Below are positions 1 to 13,000 of a stretch of DNA of 64,000 nucleotides, one piece after another (position 1 is the stretch's first letter; each line of letters begins with the position of its first letter). Below the pieces are notes generated by a model. It did no database searches and was not told where the DNA came from. It saw only the letters and a list, made by a program, of their open reading frames with translations. This DNA is from Lama glama (taxonomy: Eukaryota): NCBI GenBank assembly GCA_028534125.1, contig CM052851.1, forward strand, positions 558,001 through 622,000, written 5' to 3'. The position numbers were made by a program, and so were the translations under genes.

Positions 1-170
1 CTTTATTTTTTCTCTACTTTCTATAGGTTAATTTTGCTAATTTCCTCCTGAACCCTTGAGATGGATTCTTCAGTGCTTTTATTTTTACATTTGTTTCAAA
101 CGTGTGTATTTAAAACTATAAATTTCTAAGCGTGGCTTTAGCTGCATGAGACGTGTTTTAGAGGCAGCCT
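1..170 (-). mobile_element. Old L1 fragment
   Basis: T-rich L1-like text (aaactataaatttct..gctttagctgcat). Confidence 0.45.
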
Positions 171-941
171 TTGTTGGCTGTCACACGCAGCGGTGTGGCC
201 CGCCCACCTGTCGTCCCGCTGCTCCTGCGCGTCCCACCAGTGCTGTGAATAGCTTGGCGCACAGCTCGCTGCAGGAGGGGCCATGTCTCAAGTCAGGGCT
301 GGTAACTTGCAGCTGAGGACGGGGGTCAAGATGAACCTTCCCGGAAGTGCACAGTTATGACCTCTTGTCACATCTGCGAGCTTTGTAGGGAGGAGCCTGA
401 CCTCCCTGATGCAGGATGGGGGAACGGGCCAGGTTGTGTGTTAGTGGATACGTGATGTCTTAGGGATGGTCATGTATTCGGAAGGTTGACGGAGTGTCTG
501 TCCTGCCAAGACTGTGCTGGACAAGGAGGTGAAACTGTGAGTGAAGGATACATGGTCTCTGGCCTGGGTGGGCTCGTGGCAGGGGCCTGCGCTTGGGGCC
601 TGGGGTTGAACAGTACCTCCTCCTTTCTGAGGGGACCAGATGTCTCCCTTCTGTGTTTAATTCACTTTCCGGCCCACAAAGGAAAGCTGGGGTTCCCAGT
701 CCAGGCTCCCTAGGCCTCTGTACTGAGGGGGGGCGGCTCTCATGGGTTGGGGGTCTGCCAGTTTGTGTCCCGCAAAGCGGGGAGGCCATCACACAGCAGC
801 TGTACCCTTGCCCCTCTGAGACACAGACAAATGTGTCACATGTTCTTAGACGCTGGTGTGTGGCTTTCTGTTGGTCCCCATCGTGGGGGCCTCATGGCGA
901 CACCTGCCCCCGGCGTCTCATCGCCCTGTGCTGCTTTACAG

Positions 942-1050
942 ATTGTGACGTCGGCATCCACGGATCTTCAGGACTACACTTACTATTTCGTCCCGGCCCC
1001 CTGGCTGTCAGTCAAGCTCCTGCGGTTGCTGCAGTGCTACCCACCCCCAG
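942..1050 (+). CDS. AP2A2: AP2A2 exon 7
   Basis: ttacag|ATT..CCAG|gtaac; [36 protein letters not shown]. Confidence 0.95.
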
Positions 1051-4000
1051 GTAACAGCCGAGTCGCGGAGGTCTCCCCGGGAGGGGTACGCTCTGGTGTT
1101 TCAGGGCAAGGTTCAAGGTTTTTACTGGCACCGGTTCTTGTCCTGTGGATCGCTCTGTGATGATGCCATGCCCCTGGGCTCTCCCAGAGCGGCTGGTGGA
1201 GAACTCACAGTTCTGTTGCGATTTGGAATCATCTCTGCTTTTACATGCACATGGTGTCAGGTCTGTGCAGGTTTTTGAAAGTCTTTTAAAATAAGTCTTG
1301 AAACCTGTTAAAACCTTTATGTCCTAAGTTGTTCATAACCCGTGTAGCCTTAGTGTACACATCAAGGCTACTGTTTTGTTCACGTCTTGTTCTAAAATGT
1401 TAGGTTTGACCAGAATGGTGAGTGTCTACAGCTAGGATTTCTGGTTGAAGAATGCACGTGAGAATTGCTGTTAGGTACTTCCAGCTTGCCCTCTACTGCG
1501 ATTGCGTTGTTGTTGTAACCTTTACGTTTTAATCTCAGTTTGTTTTTGTACAGGATATTTCCCTGTTAAATTCAAGTAACTTCTTGTACTGAACCTCTTT
1601 TCTGCTGAAGCATGAGCTGTGCGCGCTCCTGTGCTCGCAGCCCCGCCCCCTCCCCAGCAGGTCGTGTCCCCCTCCCCCCGCCCCCACGCGGGCCGCCCTT
1701 CCTGAGCAGCCGGGGTTGGGTGGACACCTTAGATGCGTTGCATCCGTTGTTTCTGGAGTTCTGGTATTTTTATTGCTCTCTCACTCTTTTGGTCTTCTGT
1801 TTTCTTCTGGTTTGACCAGAAATGTAAAATTTCCTTATCTTTTTATTGCTTTTTACCCTGTTTTCTCCGTTTCTGTTGGTAATAGCAGGTAGAGGAAAAA
1901 CCTTTTGCTCCCTCTTCCCTCAGACTTCCATATCGCCTGTTCTGTCCGTGTATCTGAGATTCTTTCTTGACTTGTATAAGCTGTATTTCAGAAAAGTTCT
2001 GTGTATGTTACTTTTGTTGAAATGTACGCGTAGCTATCAGTTCCTCTGATTTCAAGCAGTACAGGACTTGACTGGGGTCACTTAACTGCCGGCGTCGGCG
2101 GTGCAGTGCGGCCGGGAGGAGGGCAGGCTGAGGGGGACCTGGCCGACAGCTGTCTGTCTTGCCCAGAAGACCCTGCAGTGCGAGGCCGCCTTACCGAGTG
2201 CCTGGAGACCATTCTGAACAAGGCCCAGGAGCCGCCCAAGTCCAAGAAGGTGCAGCACTCCAACGCCAAGAACGCCGTGCTCTTCGAGGCTATCAGCCTC
2301 ATCATCCACCATGACAGGTGGGTGGTCGTCGCCGAGCTCCTTCCGTGGCCCTTCCCCGGGCAGGTGTGAGGCCGAGGTCTCAGGACGCGTGGGCTTCCTT
2401 CCCTCCCACATGTACTCTGACCTTGGCTGCTCCACCTGTGTGCTCTGCCCGCTGTGGCCTCAACTCCCCCAGAGGGCCCTCCTGTTTCTCCTGCGCATCC
2501 CGCCCCGCTTCTCCTGGAGCCACCCAGGAAGGATGGTTGTGCGTGTCCTGCGGGCCTGGCGGTGCAGGACGCCCTCGGCATTGGCCCGAGGTCCTGGTGG
2601 GGAAGTGTGTCGGGGCGGTACAGGGAGGTGGGGGTGTCTTCCCCGCCCAGCTCTGGGCTCCCCTCCGCACTCCTGTCAAACAGTTTCCTGGGAGTTAGGC
2701 CCTGACAGCTGCTGGGAACTATTACCCGGACTTTGTGTTAGAGGCACCTTCTTGTCTTTACTGACTTGTGTTCAAAGAGCAGCTGCATCGCGAGGACGGA
2801 GGAAGAGCAGGGAGAGGTTTAGCCCACGTTTCATGGTGGCTGGTGCTTAAATACGTGGTCACCTCCTTTATGTCCACGTCCACACGTCTGTCCTCAAGTG
2901 TCTTCTCGTCAGGGCGTTGGTTCAGCCTCTGACCCAGCGGGCCCTCTGGCTGAGGTCCTGCTCCAGCCGCGACTTGACGAAGCTTGGTGTGGAGGCTCAG
3001 GGTCTGGGTGTGAGGAGACAGCTCTGCTGTCAGCCCTTTTGAGGCTGTGGGTTCCGTGGGGAAGCTCCAGTGGGCGCGAGGTGTCGACTGTCGTGTGGAA
3101 GCGACCAGAGGGACCGTAAGACTGATGTTGGGGTCTGAGTGTTAGACCTCGCGCCCCCGAAGGCCCTGCGCTTGCCGCTCAGCAGCGTGGTGACCGTGAA
3201 CTTGGCATGACACTGCCACTTGCCGCGTTGACTCGCTCGCAGCACTGTCTGTGTGGCGCCGGCCAGGAAGCCCCCGCCCACCCCACCTCTCCTGTGCGTG
3301 CAGTGAGCCGAACCTGCTCGTCCGCGCGTGTAACCAGCTAGGCCAGTTCCTGCAGCACCGGGAGACCAACCTACGCTACCTGGCCCTGGAGAGCATGTGC
3401 ACGCTGGCCAGCTCCGAGTTCTCCCACGAGGCAGTCAAGACACACATCGAGACCGTCATCAATGCCCTGAAGGCAAGTGCACTGTTCTGGGGTCCTCCTC
3501 ACCTCAGGGGCACCGCCATAGTGGGTGCTGGCGCCCAGTCACCTTTGTCGCTCGTGGTGGGTGCAGCAGCTGGGCGGGAGCGACACGTGAGGTCTCGTGG
3601 TCACTTGAGGCTGCACAGCTCAGGCCCTGAGTGGGTCTGGCCTACTGCTCCAGGTCCCCCACTCTCCTGCCACGTCGGCCGCGCCGTGTCCAGGCACTTC
3701 CGCGTTCTCTGCCTGTGAGATGGCATCACAACACGGGGCGGCTGTGCTGCCTCACACGAGCAGAATCACAATAAAAATGTGAATCAGTAGAAGCTGTTCT
3801 TTTTGGTTAGAAGGATGAAATGTTTTGTTCTTGTCTCCAAAAAGACTCACTCTTTGCAAAAGAATATTCATTTTTTTCAAGGAATTAAAATTCCAGAGTT
3901 GGAAGAGCCACGTTGAGGCCGTCTCTCTTAGGAGCTGTCGTTCCTCACGGTCAGACGCAGGCGTCCACTCTGTTCCTGCTTGTTGGGGAACTGAAGGCAG

Positions 4001-7000
4001 GCAGGGAGGCTGTGAAACCCGCTGCCCTGGTCCTGGGCTTAGAGATGAGAACAGGTCTGCCCTGTTCCTTGTGTCTGCGTGTATCGAACAGACGTTTTTT
4101 GCTGTGTGTTTTGGACAAGAGGCTGTATGAGGGTTTGGAATTTGGCTTTCTGGCATTTCCAGGTCCTTGTGGCCTGGTTTTGGCATCTGTTCCAGTCGCT
4201 GCCCGGGTCAGAAAGACTTGCCCCTTCTGTACAGGTGGCTTGGCCTTCAGCGGCGCCCCTGTGCTGTCCTCTGTGGGGAGCAGCTGTGGTCTTGTTTTGA
4301 CCCAGAAGCTGATGAGCAGGCCTGGGGTGGGGCTGAGAGCCCGCACTGTGACAGGCTCCCAGGCAACGTGGAAGATGCCGGTCTGTGACCACGCAGTGGA
4401 GAGACCTCTGACCCACCCCAGGGTCAGCGCGTGATCCTGGCCAGTCCAGAGCTGTCCAGGCCGAGTGCAGGAGTTGGGGGCAGTGAGTTGGCACTTGAGG
4501 GGCTCTGTGGGGCCCCCTGGATCCAGATGGTGAGTAGGAGGGCTCAGTGTGAGTGTGGGGACCGAGGGGGCGCCTGGCCAGCTGAGTCAGAAGCGTAGGA
4601 GAGCCTGGCATGCGGGGCTCTCGGTGGACAGCCTCCGCCCCTGGCCCAGGCTGTGCTCATGCAGCTGCTTCTGTGCCCCCAGACGGAGCGGGACGTGAGT
4701 GTGCGGCAGCGGGCTGTGGACCTCCTCTACGCCATGTGTGACCGCAGCAACGCCCAGCAGATCGTGGCCGAGATGCTGAGCTACTTGGAGACGGCCGACT
4801 ACTCTATTCGAGAAGAGATTGTGAGTTCGCGTCACGGGCCGTGGATGCTTGTGAATGTCAGCTCCCGTGTGTCCCTGGTTGGTGGTGGTTCCGTGGACTC
4901 TGCTGAGAGTCTGCTTGGTGCTGGAGGAGACAGTCCTTTGCCTTGGCCTACTTGTCTGCATTTTGAGGGGAGTCTTCCGGTCTTTCAGGATGACTTTGAG
5001 CAGGCCCTGCGGTCAGCCCGTCTGGCCGTGTCCACCTGTCAGTAAGCTCTGGCAGCTCAGGGTCCAGGGGAGTCTCCAGGCGCCTGTGGCTGGGCGAGTG
5101 GGAATTCAGGTGCCTTGGGCAGGTCTTTGTACTTGTTTGCTTGGCGCGTTTTTGTGTTACCCCGACACACCTGGAGGGGAGGGGCCTGGCCTCCAGCGGC
5201 ACTTGGCCCCTGCAGAGTGGCGCAAGCTCCTGGCAGGCCCACGCTCTGTGGCGCTGACCGTGTGCGAGACCGCTGGGGGTGCAGACCCGGGGCACGGGTC
5301 CCTGGAAGCTGCATCAGCAGGAAGAGCAGGCCTGGTGGTTACTCCAGGGCATGTCGGGCTCGGAGTGAACCTGTGTGCCAAGGCCCTGCAGCCTCTCCGT
5401 CCTTTGAAGAGTTTTTTGTCCTTCTCGGGGGCAGAGCACAGTGGAGGCCTCCTTGGAACCTTTGTAGAGTGAGTGTCCAGTATCAGAGCTGTGAGTGACT
5501 TGCAAGGCTGCTTGTGGGCCAGCATTTGGTTTGAAAACGACAGCCCTGTGGCTGAACGTGGTCAGATGCTCAGGGTTATAGAGGGTCAGTCACTGAATGG
5601 TGTGGCCACTGTGGCCAGACCGGGGGCTGGGTGCTGCCCTTTAGTGGGGGTGTGGGCTGCCCGGCGTGGTCAGCTTGGCTTCTCAGAGGTTGCAGCCTTT
5701 AAGCCGAGCCATGGGGCAGCTGGGCCAGAGGGCGTCCTGTGTGGGGTAGGGCTGGGCAGTGGGGCCGGCTCTGGGCGCTGTGGTCCTGGGACTTCACTTC
5801 TCATCTCTGTGTGGTGCCTTGAGCAGAGACAGGCATGTTCTTCAGTGGAACTGTGTTGGCTTTTAAGGTCCTGAGTGTTGGTCAGTCCTGCATCAGCGGC
5901 TCTCACTCCCTTTCACGTGGTGAGTGAGGATCCTCCATCAGTTTCACTCACACGAGGAAGAAAACCAACACTCCTCTCAGTCCCTGGGTACTTGCTCTGT
6001 CCGTCCATCTGTCCAGCCAGGCACGTGCTAGCTGCTGGGCAGCCACACTGGATGTGCTGCACTTCCCGCCCATGAGGAGCCTTTCTGTGCCCACCAGGCC
6101 TACCTGTGATAGGTAGGGATGGGTGGAGGCAGGGCCTGGGGTCCCAGGGCTCCCGGGGGCATCTGTGCCACCGGACAAAGGGGGCAGTACTGCAGGAGGC
6201 GGTGGCGGTCTTGCCAGGAGAGTCCAGGGCACGGAGGCCCCTGGGGGCAGGTGGTTCAGCACAGAGGAGTGGGGCGTGTGGGGCAGGGGCGGAGGCAGCC
6301 GACCGCGGGCCTCTGTGGTGTGGGGGAGCCCTGAGTGTGTGACTTCGAGGCGAGCTCTGGGCTTGAAGGGCTTTAAGCTGAGAGCAGTGGCAAGGCAGAT
6401 ACTTTGGAATGATGCTCTGGGACCACAATGGAGAGTCGATTTGGAGGCCAAAGGGTGGGTAGGGCGGATGGACGGCGGGATGGCCCCAGCTCGGGCTCGG
6501 GCGCGGCCAGGAGGTGAGGTGGCGGGTGAGGGTGGGGGACGCGGTCTGGCTTTGGTGCGGTGCAGCTCAGAGCACCTCAGAGCGAGAAGAGGCTGCTCTC
6601 CGGGGAGGCTTGGGGCTGCTTCCGACAGCCCAGAGCAGGCACCCTGGGCAGTGGGTGGGCTCTCCTGGGAAGAGAAGGAAGGCTGGTGGGAGCAGGAGAC
6701 CCAGCGAGCACGGCCGCTCTGCCAGCAGGCTGCCTTGGCCGTAGTGGGGGCTCAGCGTACTGCCTGCAGTCGTGGCCAGCCCCCTGTGTCTTCCTCCACC
6801 CTGTCTTGTGTCTGTTCCTGGAGGATGGTTTGGCTTTCCTCAGTTTAGCCTGTGGACCCTAAACTTTCTGGGCTCTCTGAGACCCTGGGGGGCGGCTCTG
6901 GCACGCATGTTTACATCCTTCTGAAGCCCTGTGTGGACGCTGGCGGCGCTGGGCCTGGCGTTGCGGGGCTTCTGGGCACCTGCCCTGAGCGGCCGTCCTC

Positions 7001-10000
7001 TGCAGGTGCTGAAGGTCGCCATCCTGGCAGAGAAGTACGCTGTGGACTACACGTGGTACGTGGACACCATCCTGAACCTGATCCGCATTGCCGGCGACTA
7101 TGTGAGCGAGGAGGTGTGGTACCGCGTCATCCAGATTGTCATCAACCGGGACGACGTGCAGGGCTACGCTGCCAAGACGGTGTTTGAGGTGCGTGGAGGG
7201 CCGGCCTCCCTCCCGTCTCCTGCCAGCCTTCTTGGAGGTCCTGGCTCCGTATCCCTCCTGCCTCTGCTTGTGTCTCGGTTCCCTCGCACCTTCATTTCCA
7301 CACCACTGACCACGTGAGCGAGCTGCCTAGGGCCGGGGCCTTTGTGCGCCTGAGAGCGTGGCCCTGGTGGGCTGGTGGTCTTGGTTGGCGAGGGAAGTGT
7401 GCCTCTGGAAGGTACTGATGTGCACCTGCCCCCGGCCTGGGGCCTGAACGTCAATTTTCAGGAGCAGCTGTCGTTCCAGGCATGGGGTCAGCCAAGGCCT
7501 CCCTCTGGGGCTCCCCTGCTACTGAGGCCTCTACTGAAGTGGCCTGGAGGGAGGATGGGCAGGAACTGCAGTCCAGAGAGGCTTGGGAAGGCCTGGGGCC
7601 TGCGCCTGTGCTCCTGGCCCGGCCACTCGGCCTGCTGCGCTCTGGAGGTGGAGCGCCTTCACTGCCCTTGTGTGGGCTCTGTGCGCCCAGCTCACTGCGT
7701 GTGCTTTCCCCAGGCCCTCCAGGCCCCGGCGTGCCACGAGAACCTGGTCAAGGTGGGCGGCTACATCCTGGGGGAGTTCGGAAACTTGATAGCAGGAGAC
7801 CCGAGATCCAGGTAAGTCACCCAGGGTCCAGGAGCGTCGCATCCTGGCGCTGGGCCTGCCCTCCCGGTTCCCACCTGATGGCCTAGTGAGGCTGGCTGAC
7901 ATCCCGAGCCCGTGAAGACAGCCCAGAGTGAGACCACGTGTGCTCGGATCGATTGTACGAATGATGAGGGTTCTAGTTGAGAATGAGATGCGGCCGTTCA
8001 GAGAGAGTGCTCCCCTGGGGATTGGAGGTGCCTGGTGCCAGACAGCCTTCTCCCTCACAGGAGTGGTTCTGGTTTAGTGTGAGGCTGGCTCCCCCCATCA
8101 GCCCTTGCTTGCTCTCCCCGTCCTGCTGAGGTGCTGGGGGCCAGCTCAGGCCAGGCGGAAGCTGGGCGTGGGGCTGCTTGGAGATATGAGGTGACGCTGT
8201 GCCCCGCCCATCCACCCCCCCCGCACTCAGCCCTCTGATCCAGTTCGACCTGCTGCATTCCAAGTTCCACCTGTGTGGCGCCCCAACCCGGGCGCTCCTC
8301 CTGTCCACTTACATCAAGTTCGTGAACCTCTTTCCGGAGGTGAAGACCACCATCCAGGACGTGCTACGCAGCGACAGCCAGCTGAGGAACGCGGACGTGG
8401 AGCTGCAGCAGCGGGCCGTGGAGTACCTGCGGCTCAGCACAGTGGCCAGCACCGACATCCTGGTAGGCCGGCTCTCTGTCCCCGCGGCACGCTGCCCATC
8501 CGGAGGGCCATGGGGCTCCGTGCCCGGCCGACCCAGACGTCTTTCCCACCAGGCCACTGTCCTGGAGGAGATGCCCCCGTTCCCGGAGCGTGAGTCCTCC
8601 ATCCTGGCCAAACTCAAGAAGAAGAAGGGCCCGAGCACCGTGACGGACCTGGAGGAGGCCAAGAGAGAGAGGGGCAGCGACATCAACGGGGGCCCCGAGC
8701 CCGCCCCGGCCGGAACCAGTGCCGCGGTGGGTCCCTCCCTGAGGGCGGTGCCCTGTGCGTGCCCGGGGCCTGGGGTCCAGAGCAGTTCCTGCATCTCATC
8801 TTGGCTTTGGTTTTACAAAACGTGGTCTCTCGTCCCTTTTGCACAACTGCCTCGTGAGGCTGCCCACTGCTCCTCGGTGAGGAGTGGCCCGCCTCCTGCT
8901 GTCCTTAGTTTTCAGTGGCAGGTGGGTTAGAGCGAGTGGCCCGTTCATGTGAGGCGCAGTGAGAACACCCCCACCAGAGCAGACGCGCCCTTTGACGTCT
9001 GTTGGGGGAGGCACCCTCTTGAGAGGCGTCTTGCCCTCTGGTGGGGAGCCCGGGGAGCGGGCCCCTCTTTGCAGGACATGTACTTTGTGCTGCCTCCTTT
9101 TGCTTGAGGTGGAGTTCACACGTAAGATGATCCACCTGCACATGAGATCTTTTAGAGAGTCAGTGTGGCACTCCAGACGTGCGAGAGACCAGCAGCTACT
9201 CGTGCTGATGCGGTGGTTTCCGCGTCAGGCCCCACGTAGCCTCGCGGGGAGGCGGTTGGCAGCGGGAGGCGGGGCCGGCCGTGACCGGCCGCGTGTCCAC
9301 GCGCTGGAGAGAGAAACTGCTTTGGCCCCTGCAGCTCTCGGGGCAGCTGCGTTCCTGGGGAGATGAGTGTGTGTTAAACCTGAGCAAGCTGATCAGTGCA
9401 GGGACTGCAGACGGCACGGGGTGGAGTCTTGGGTGATTGTACATGGATGTGTGCCTTCCCGAGGAGCGGGGCGGAGGGGCGAGTTCTGCAGGCAGAGCAG
9501 CTCCGGGCTGGGTCTGGCGATCAGAACCCTGCATGCTTCTGGCACTCCTGTGCCCTGCCGGCTCACGCGTGAGCGTCAGCCTTGTGTGCAGCTGGGGGCG
9601 TCGGTGGCGTGAGTGTGCGGGGCTGCGCTGTGTCTCCTGTGAGTTCCAGAGCGACGAGGGGGAGGTGCTGCTTTGCTCTGTCTTGCTGGGATCAGAAAGC
9701 ACTTGCTTATTGTTGAAGACTCCGGTCTGTTGGCCTCTTACCTGCTTTTTCCTGTAACGTAGTGGAACTTGAAAACGACGAGGGACGTGCCTCAGCAAAC
9801 CGCTATCTTGCTCTTCTCACCTCTCCAGGCTTTCCGGGCGGTCGACACTAACGCGCACATGGTCTTGCTTCTTAAAGCAGGCGCCTCCTGGGGTCTGGGT
9901 GGTGGGGCTGCGGGCACTGGTCTTGTGCCCAGACAGTTCCACAGTGAACCTCTCCTCTGTTTTCCAGTCCACGCCCTCTCCGTCAGCAGACCTCCTGGGT

Positions 10001-13000
10001 CTGGGGGCTGCACCCCCCGTCCCCGCAGGCCCCCCACCCTCCTCCGGCGGGCTGCTCGTGGACGTGTTCTCAGACTCACCCTCCGCGGTCGCGCCGCTGG
10101 CTCCCGGCTCCGAGGACAACTTTGCCAGGTAGTCTGTCTCCTACGTCCTGAGGACAAGGACTCTCTGCCCTGCCCCCCGCCCCGCCCCGAGGTCCTTCCC
10201 TCCCCAGCCCCTCCACCTCCTTGGGGTGCAGTTTCCCTGGAGGAAGGGAGTGCGCGCACTCCGAGGGGAGACCATCAGGTGGAAAGGTGGCCTGGGCCCC
10301 GTGCTGTGGCGCCTGCCGTTGGTCGCAGCGTGTGCTCTCGGCCCCTTTTCTCTTTGCCCTTTGGCACTCTGGTCCCACATCTCCCGCCCTTACTTACTCA
10401 CCCTCGGACCTGCCTTCCAGGCCCCCAGCTTTATTTTCTTGAGAAACAGTCTTCAGGTGCAGTTGCTACTTCCCACCGTGGGGCCCTGCCTGAGGTGTGC
10501 CTCCTCTCCTTCCTCCTCTGCCCGCAGGCCTCACCGCCTCTCCCCTTGGGCGCCGGCCGGCCGACCTCCCGCCCGCCGCCCACTTTACTGTTCCTCCAGC
10601 TTCAAGATGAAATCCCAAACTGCCCTTCCGAGCACGTTTGCTATCCGCCTTTCTGCCTGCCGGTCCTGTACCTTTCCCTGCTTGCTCCCCGCCATCATCT
10701 GTCTCTGCGGATCTTAATCTGAGTGGAGGGCAGGTGCAGGCAGAGGACAGAGGAATTCCTGTGGGTTTACACTGCCCCCCGGGGCTCTTTGTGCTTGCAC
10801 CGTGCATTGATTCTTACTTCCTGCTGCTGGTGGAAATGCCTGGGAAAAGGCAGGTGTGGAGCGCTGCTGGGTGTCTGTCTCTGGCTGCAGACAGACTCTT
10901 TTTAAGAAAACGAGGAATAGTCGATTTACAGTATCATAGTAGTTTCAGGCGCACAACGTCGTGATTCACAACTTTTATCGATTGTACTCTGTTTAAAGTT
11001 GCTGCAAAGCAGTGGCTGTACCTCCCTGTGCTGTGCGGTGCGTCCTTGCTGCTCACCTACTTCACACGAACAGCCTGTGTCTCCTTGTCCCCTGCCCCGT
11101 CTTGCCTCCCCGCCCCTCTCCCCACTGGTGACCGCTGGTTTGCTCTCTGCATCTATGGACCTGTTTCTGTTTCATTATACCACTCGTTAGCTCTGTGTTT
11201 CAGATTTCACGTGTGGGTGATGCCATACGGCACTTTTTCCTGTCTGGCTTATTTCTTGAGCATGCTGCCTTCCAGTTCGTCCGCGTCATTGTAGATGGCA
11301 ACGTGTCATTCTTTCTTATGGCTGAGCAGCCGTCCGTTGCATGTGTGCTCACGTGCGTGTCTTCTTCACTTGCTCGTCCCTTGGCGGACGCCTGGGCTGC
11401 CCCCAGGTCCTGGCTGCTGTCAGTAGCGCTGCTGCGAACGCTGGGGTCGTGTGTCTTTTCGAATTAGTGTTTTCCTTCTCTCTGGGTCTGTGCCCGGGAG
11501 TGGGACTGGGTCTTCCGGTGGTTTGTAGTTTCTTGAGGAACCGCCGTACTGCCCTCGGGGGCTGCCCTGGTTGGCGCCCCCCCCCCCGCAGTGCGCAGGG
11601 CCCGTGCCCTCCCGCCCTCACCGGCGCTTGGTGCTCACGGCCGTTCTGGCAGGTGTGAGGCGGTGTCTCGTCGTGCTTCTGACCTGCGTCCCCCCGACGG
11701 TGGGTGGTGTTGAGTGTCTTTTCACAGGCCTGCCAGCCGTCTGCGTTTCCTCTTTGGAAGAGTATCTATTCGGTTCTTCTACCCGTTTTTTAAATCAGCT
11801 TCTTTGAATACTGAGTTGTATGAGCTGTTTATATATTTTGGATATTAACCCTATTGGTCCTCGCATTTGCAAGTATTTTCTCCCAGTCAGTAGGTTGTTT
11901 TTTTGTTTTGTTGAAGATTTCCTTTGCTGTGCCAGAACTTTTGAGATTAATTAGGTCCTGTTTATTTTTTTTCGTATTTGCTTCCTTTGCCTTAGGAGCA
12001 GATGCAAAAAAACACTGCTGTGATATGTCAAAGAGTGTTCTGCCTGTGTTCTCTTCTAGGAGCTTTATGGTTTTCGGTCTTTAATCCATTTTGAGTTTAA
12101 TTTTGCATATGGTGTAAGAAGACGTTCTGATTGCATTTCTGTACTTGTGGCTGTAGGTGGTTTTCCCAGCACCAGGGGAAGGGGCGGGGGTGGGGCGCCG
12201 AGTGCTGTGAGTGTGCTGGCCTGCAGACGCCCAGGGAGGGGGTGCTGTTGGTCGCCCGCAGGCTGGAGGCCTGTGCTGGGTGTCAGCGGGCCAGCCTGCG
12301 GTCTGGCCTGGACGTGTGCGCCTCGGCCCGTGTCCTAAGCAGTGGCACGCTGGCAGGGGTCGGCCGGCACCTTCATGAGGAGCAGACGGGTAGCCCGTCC
12401 CTGGCCACCTCGTGGGTGTGTGGCATCATGGCTCTTGGCTCTTCTGTCCCTGGTGGCACAGGCGCTCGTCAGGATGCTCCTCCCTCCCTCATGTCCCACA
12501 GAGGTTCTTCTGGTCTTAGTGTTCTTCAAACCCTTTTTCAAACAAATCTTCGTATTTTCCATGGGTGGCTTTGAGTGACTTACACATTGTCCCTTGTCCC
12601 CCAGGTTTGTCTGTAAAAATAATGGTGTGTTGTTTGAAAACCAACTGCTTCAAATTGGACTGAAGTCTGAATTTCGGCAGAATTTAGGTATGTGTTTTAC
12701 TTACTTAACGAGAACTTCTCTTAGAAATTTGGGGGAGAGAATATTTCTAAATTATGTACCTCGTAAGGATCTAGTTTCCAGACTATATAGAGGACTCCAA
12801 GTCAACAACAGAAAGACTGCCCACTTAAAAAGTGGTCGAAGTCTTGGATAGACATGTTGTTTCTGAGGAAGACATTCAGATGTCCCAAAGCACACAAAAA
12901 GGTGCCCGACACCACCGCTAGTCTGGGAAATGCAAGCAAACCACGTCGAAGTGCCCCTCACACCCATCGGCATGGCTGCTTTGAAAAACAAAACAAGTGC

